A stretch of 64,000 nucleotides of DNA from Phoronis australis (lineage: Eukaryota; Animalia; Phoronida): NCBI GenBank assembly GCA_002633005.1, contig NMRA01000192.1, positions 62,001 through 126,000 of the forward strand, in the 5' to 3' direction. The notes under the pieces were generated by a model, which made no database searches, was not told the origin of the DNA, and saw only the letters and a program-made list of their open reading frames with translations. Made by a program: the position numbers and the translations under genes. The first letter of the stretch is position 1; each line of letters begins with the position of its first letter. Shown one piece after another: positions 59,801 to 64,000 of the stretch.

Positions 59801-62800
59801 TCTCCAGAACAAACTTGAATGTCGTGTTTTAAATCTCTTTTCCAGCAACCATCTTCTAATTATGATGACAGTGGTTTCTTTTCCGTCCAAGTATTATCCA
59901 ACGCTCTCAGCGTGTGGAATCTGGAGCTAGTCCCATACAGTAGCCAAGATCCAGTCTCCATTTGTGCCAGAGCTGATCCCACGTAAGACTTTTTGTATTA
60001 CCGTTGGAGGACCATATGAGAGAGAAACACTTTTATTTACATTAAGTTATGATAACACAATGATTAAATAATTTGATTTCAATTAGGAGGCCTTCTGATG
60101 GTTATTGACCGCTAATAAGAAGGTCCCCTGTACAAAATAAATAATTGGAAAAGCAAAAATCTGTAGGAATAGGTGAGAAAGCCATGTATATATTACATAC
60201 TTAATAAAACAACGTGTATTAGCGCTGAAAACAACCGACATGCTAGGAACCAAGAAGTGGACTGGCACAGCTCAGGAGATTTTGGGAATATAATTAGATA
60301 CTGTTACATATGAAGCAATTGGAAATATGACAAAACTGGATCGTAGTTGCTTATAATAAAATTGGTTAAGAACCTGGAGAACTCTTGCAAAGAATATGTT
60401 TAGAACAGAGACTGGTATTTCGTTGTTGTTTATAAGTCGAGGAATTTCTAATCTAATACGGGCTCTTGATGACAATTTGTTGGACCGAGGAATTCTTCAC
60501 TTAGTTGGAAGCTTTTGAGGCTTTTTATTTTATGCAAAATTAATTATTGCATATGTAAACAACATAATCCACAAGATTTTTATTTGTGAACTTTGTACTG
60601 TGTTGTTTCTGTGCATCAATACATCATTCAACCAGTACCTCAGCTGCAGTTCGCCAAAATTTTTTTACAGAATGTTTTTCAATGATAAGTCGCAAAACTG
60701 GAACTGCAACAAAACTAAAGAGTTTGCTCTTAGATATATCTATCTTTGCATCTTCCAAAGACTTTGATGACATTCATATGGCAGGTCAGTCCCACAAATT
60801 TGGTGGGCATTTTTCCAACGTGTACTTTTTCCTTTTTCATGTTGAAATACATGTGTTGCCTAGAGAACTCTGATTCAATTTTTGTGTCACCAAATTCTTT
60901 GAACTTTGGGTCTACGGACTTCAATTTTGAAGGTCATTGGTGGTCAAGGCAACTGTGTGGCTCAGGCTAACCACCTATGTTTGGGTAAGTGCCCAACTTC
61001 GATTTCTTGAAATTTCCAATTCAAGTGCCCATCTCCAGGTTAAGAGTCCACCTCCAATTTCCAGACTCTCAAATTTAAGTGCCCAGGGCGATAAAAATTT
61101 ACAATTTCAGCCTACATTCTGTCATTTGTCTTTCAGGACACAAACTGCATATATATGTAACTTCAAGGAGCACTGGTTAACTATCAGGAAGCTTGGATTT
61201 CAGTGGTTTAATCTTAACTCATTGCTGAAAGGACCAGAGTTGATATCAGACACGTTCTTGAGCTTGTTCCTAGTTCAGTTACAACAAGAAGGTCAGTGAA
61301 ACTATTGACAACTAAATGTACTCAAGTGTCTTGATTGAAGATGCGCGCCATGTCGCCTCAAAGGCGAAAAAGCAGGAAACTTGAAACTTGACTTAAACAC
61401 ATTGATTGCAGACACTGATGACAAATACTATATGGCTAAGATTTCTGAATTTTACATGAAAGTAGTCTTAATTAAGATGCGAGTTTCAAGGCAAATTTCG
61501 AGTCTGAATTGCATTGTTTTATTAGCTATGGTTGCACAGTCAGCCAAGGGCTTTACTTAGTCATTGGTCTGTTTGGCAACATCCGTTTTTACATACAAAA
61601 CTGATAAAATGATCTCTTGTCACTGTGATCCTTTGCATGCAGACCCTATGGTTGCTTGTGGTCTGAAGGCTTGTGAATGGGTTATGCCCTAACATTTATC
61701 AGCTGTTTTATCTACTATGGACATGTTTTCACTGTTTCTTCTTTTTATTTCATGTTATGCAATGATTCTCTTCCGCAGGCTACTCAATTTTTATTGTCAA
61801 AGGGGTCTTACCTGATTGTGAGGCAGACCAGCTGCTGAAACTGATTCCTGCTGTGCAGCCAATCAAACCGGGGCTTATTTCCGACAAGAGTTCAAGGACT
61901 ACCAGTAGTCATTCTGGCATTAATGACGATGATGAGATGCAGAAGGCACTCTCTGCCAGCCAACAGGCAGCAGAAGATGAAGAATTTCAAAAAGCGTTGC
62001 AGATGAGTTTAGAAGGTAATGTACTGTGTAGTAAATGTGAGCAGAGCTGAATACCAACACAAGATAGTACCATAGAAGCTTGTATTTTAGCCCATACACT
62101 TCTGTCTGTAATGATTTGTTTTTTTTTAGTTATTTTACATGTCGATGCATGTGATGTAAATGTGTGTTCCTTGTCCAGGTGTCTTAAGGGTATGTAGACC
62201 CTTGAAAAATGTCCAAATTCAGCTAAAATCGAGACATCATATCTTGGAAACGGTCACTTGGATTCATGTGAAACTATCAGATACTATGCTTTATGCATTG
62301 TTCTCTAAACCTCTGTTTTTGCATGAGGGTCTATCAAAAAATAGAACTTTGTGTTTTTCATAAAAAGTTGCTTAAAACAATGTTATTGTACCATTTGTTT
62401 TTGCTAAATTTCACTGAAAAAGATCTGGTCACGTGATCATATTAATGGCAGATTAATCACCTGTGAAAATCAAATTTTGTCCTTTTAGCGCAAGTGACCC
62501 AAAGTCACTCAGCGAATATAGCTCCTCACATATAAACACAGCTCACGATCTTGTAAACTTTTGCCCCGACTGACAAAATACAACATTATGCTCACAAAAA
62601 GCACAGCTCATGGACTCACGTCTGCTCAGTAAAGAAACATGGGTCATGGACCTGGGCCAAATGCTCACTTTTCCACAGTGCCATCTGTTGTCAAAGCAGT
62701 TCAAGATTACAACTTGATCACATATTTTGCTATAATTTGATTTCATTTACCTTTGTTTTACTGAATTAAGCATTATTTTAAAAAAAAATTCTGTGTTGTT

Positions 62801-63831
62801 TTAATACTTTTTTTTAGTCAGACTACTTAGCGTGGTAAAACTGGTTTCTTAGAGGAGAAGTGTTAGAGTCTGTGATTAGCGCTGACATGACGAGCCAACT
62901 CATGGAGCCTGGTTTCCAGAAATTACGAATTGTCATTTTCTCCCCTATCCCAAAAATCACATCTTATGCAAGGAAAGTTGAAGAATAATTTCATATATAA
63001 AAGTAGTCTTCGTGCGACTTTGATTTTAGTGTTGGCAAAGGACTGCACTCTCAGAATGCTCTTTAATTCTTACTTATACCCTATCAAAGGGGTGATTTAT
63101 AACAGCATAATAATAGTGTTGTTGCTGTTGTTGTTGTTGTTGTTGTTTACATGGCTGCTGTTCTTATCTTGTCAGGCCATCAGCATCCTGCGCAGACCAG
63201 TAGTGCTTTAACTTCAGAAGAACTGCGACAAAGACGTATAGCATATCTGGCCAGTACGCCAGGGTCAAGTCAAGGACAACCAACAGGTTAGGCAAACAGT
63301 TGTGAATATCCAGAGCATTACTCTTTTATCTTCTGTTTTTGGATAACATTAAAGACATTGTTTGCTGTTATTATGAGTTGGCTGAACAATTCGATGGCTC
63401 AGGACTGGAAATAGTTAACTCACTTTCTGTCAACAAACTTTTCTTTATGGTATTTATCCTCTTAAAAGTGGTCTTATTGTGTGTCTTACTCTAATAAGGG
63501 GTGGTTATGAGATTGAACTGACAGTTAGTTGCGTGAAACAAAACTCAGCTATTTGGCTCAATACATATTTCCAAGGCCAACACTGTGTTGCTGGGCATGG
63601 GGTGTTTTAAAATCTAATCCCAGGCTTAAGGGTACGTAATGAATAAATTTTGGATGGGTTTCATGAACCCTTTAATGCTCAGCTTTTTTCCTTTCTGTAA
63701 TTTTATTTATGTATTAATTGTATTTCTGTAATTATATTACTGTAATTGTATTTGTGTAATTGTTTACAGGTGAGGCAACAGATGATAGTGATCTCCAAGC
63801 AGCAATAAGAATGTCCTTACAGTCACAGTGA
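56833..63831 (+). CDS. ATXN3: Ataxin-3 (Josephin deubiquitinase, UIM1-2, VCP-binding motif, UIM3); 296 aa, no polyQ
   Basis: Exons 56833-56856 (MDSILHEK), 58876-59040 (QEGSLCAQHCLN, catalytic Cys), 59846-59982 (DDSGFFSVQV), 61137-61291 (EHWLTIRK..QWFNLNS, catalytic His/Asn), 61779-62015 (GYSIFIVKG, DDEMQKALSAS, EDEEFQKALQMS), 63176-63286 (LTSEELRQRRIAY), 63770-63831 (DDSDLQAAIRMSLQSQ*). Phase-consistent, 891 nt. Confidence 0.96.
57390..57818 (+). repeat. ~430 bp dispersed repeat, copy 2, in ATXN3 intron 1
   Basis: Matches 42581-42990. Confidence 0.88.
59336..59542. repeat. Minisatellite, ~9.4 x 22 bp (ttcacttgtgtgtagtgctact) in ATXN3 intron 2
   Basis: Head-to-tail units; variant units recur every fourth copy. 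Confidence 0.97.
63118..63147. repeat. (GTT)n trinucleotide microsatellite, intronic
   Basis: gttgttgctgttgttgttgttgttgttgtt, ~30 nt upstream of the acceptor at 63175. Confidence 0.9.
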
Positions 63832-64000
63832 CTCTAAATGTTGAATCTGTATTCGTTCATGGTGCTTCATAGCAATTACTATAACATAAACCCTTATTTT
63901 GTTGTAATTCTGTGTATGACATTTATGTTGCAGTTTTCACATTGTAAGTTATCACTGCTTTCATTACCAAGAGCATTTTAGGGAGTTACGGTCAGCAGAT

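Noticed and set aside
62815-62915. Extra ATXN3 exon
   Set aside because: Candidate acceptors lead to in-frame stops in the required phase; exons 61779-62015 and 63176-63286 join in frame without it.

Overview
AT-rich animal genomic DNA with GT-AG introns and many transposon relics, most likely from a marine invertebrate. Four spliced housekeeping genes could be reconstructed exon by exon, in two head-to-head pairs. Pair one is an APLF-like DNA-repair scaffold (-, 7849-16518) opposite DNAJC17 (+, 20414-31609). Pair two is a GlcAT-I/B3GAT3-like glucuronosyltransferase (-, 50322-56429) opposite ataxin-3 (+, 56833-63831; no polyQ). The ~18 kb between DNAJC17 and B3GAT3 holds nested, decayed elements: Academ split by KolX- and THAP-bearing inserts, Copia split by Gypsy and other inserts, plus LINE ORF1, Penelope RT and HINE fragments. 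Introns carry MITEs, foldbacks and minisatellites. An ~800 bp duplication abutting a single N (19143) looks like two alleles joined in assembly, one carrying a TTAA insertion. The most notable observations are the atypical APLF architecture (three AT-hooks, repeated DSGSDW acidic motifs, one PBZ), a triplicated exon/intron junction that creates exon-like cassettes, an ultra-compact bidirectional promoter with a uORF-loaded leader, hammerhead-ribozyme relics, and a KolX/P2X7-ballast fragment. All calls come from manual reading and remembered family motifs; no searches were run. I cannot support an intact novel multi-gene system here.
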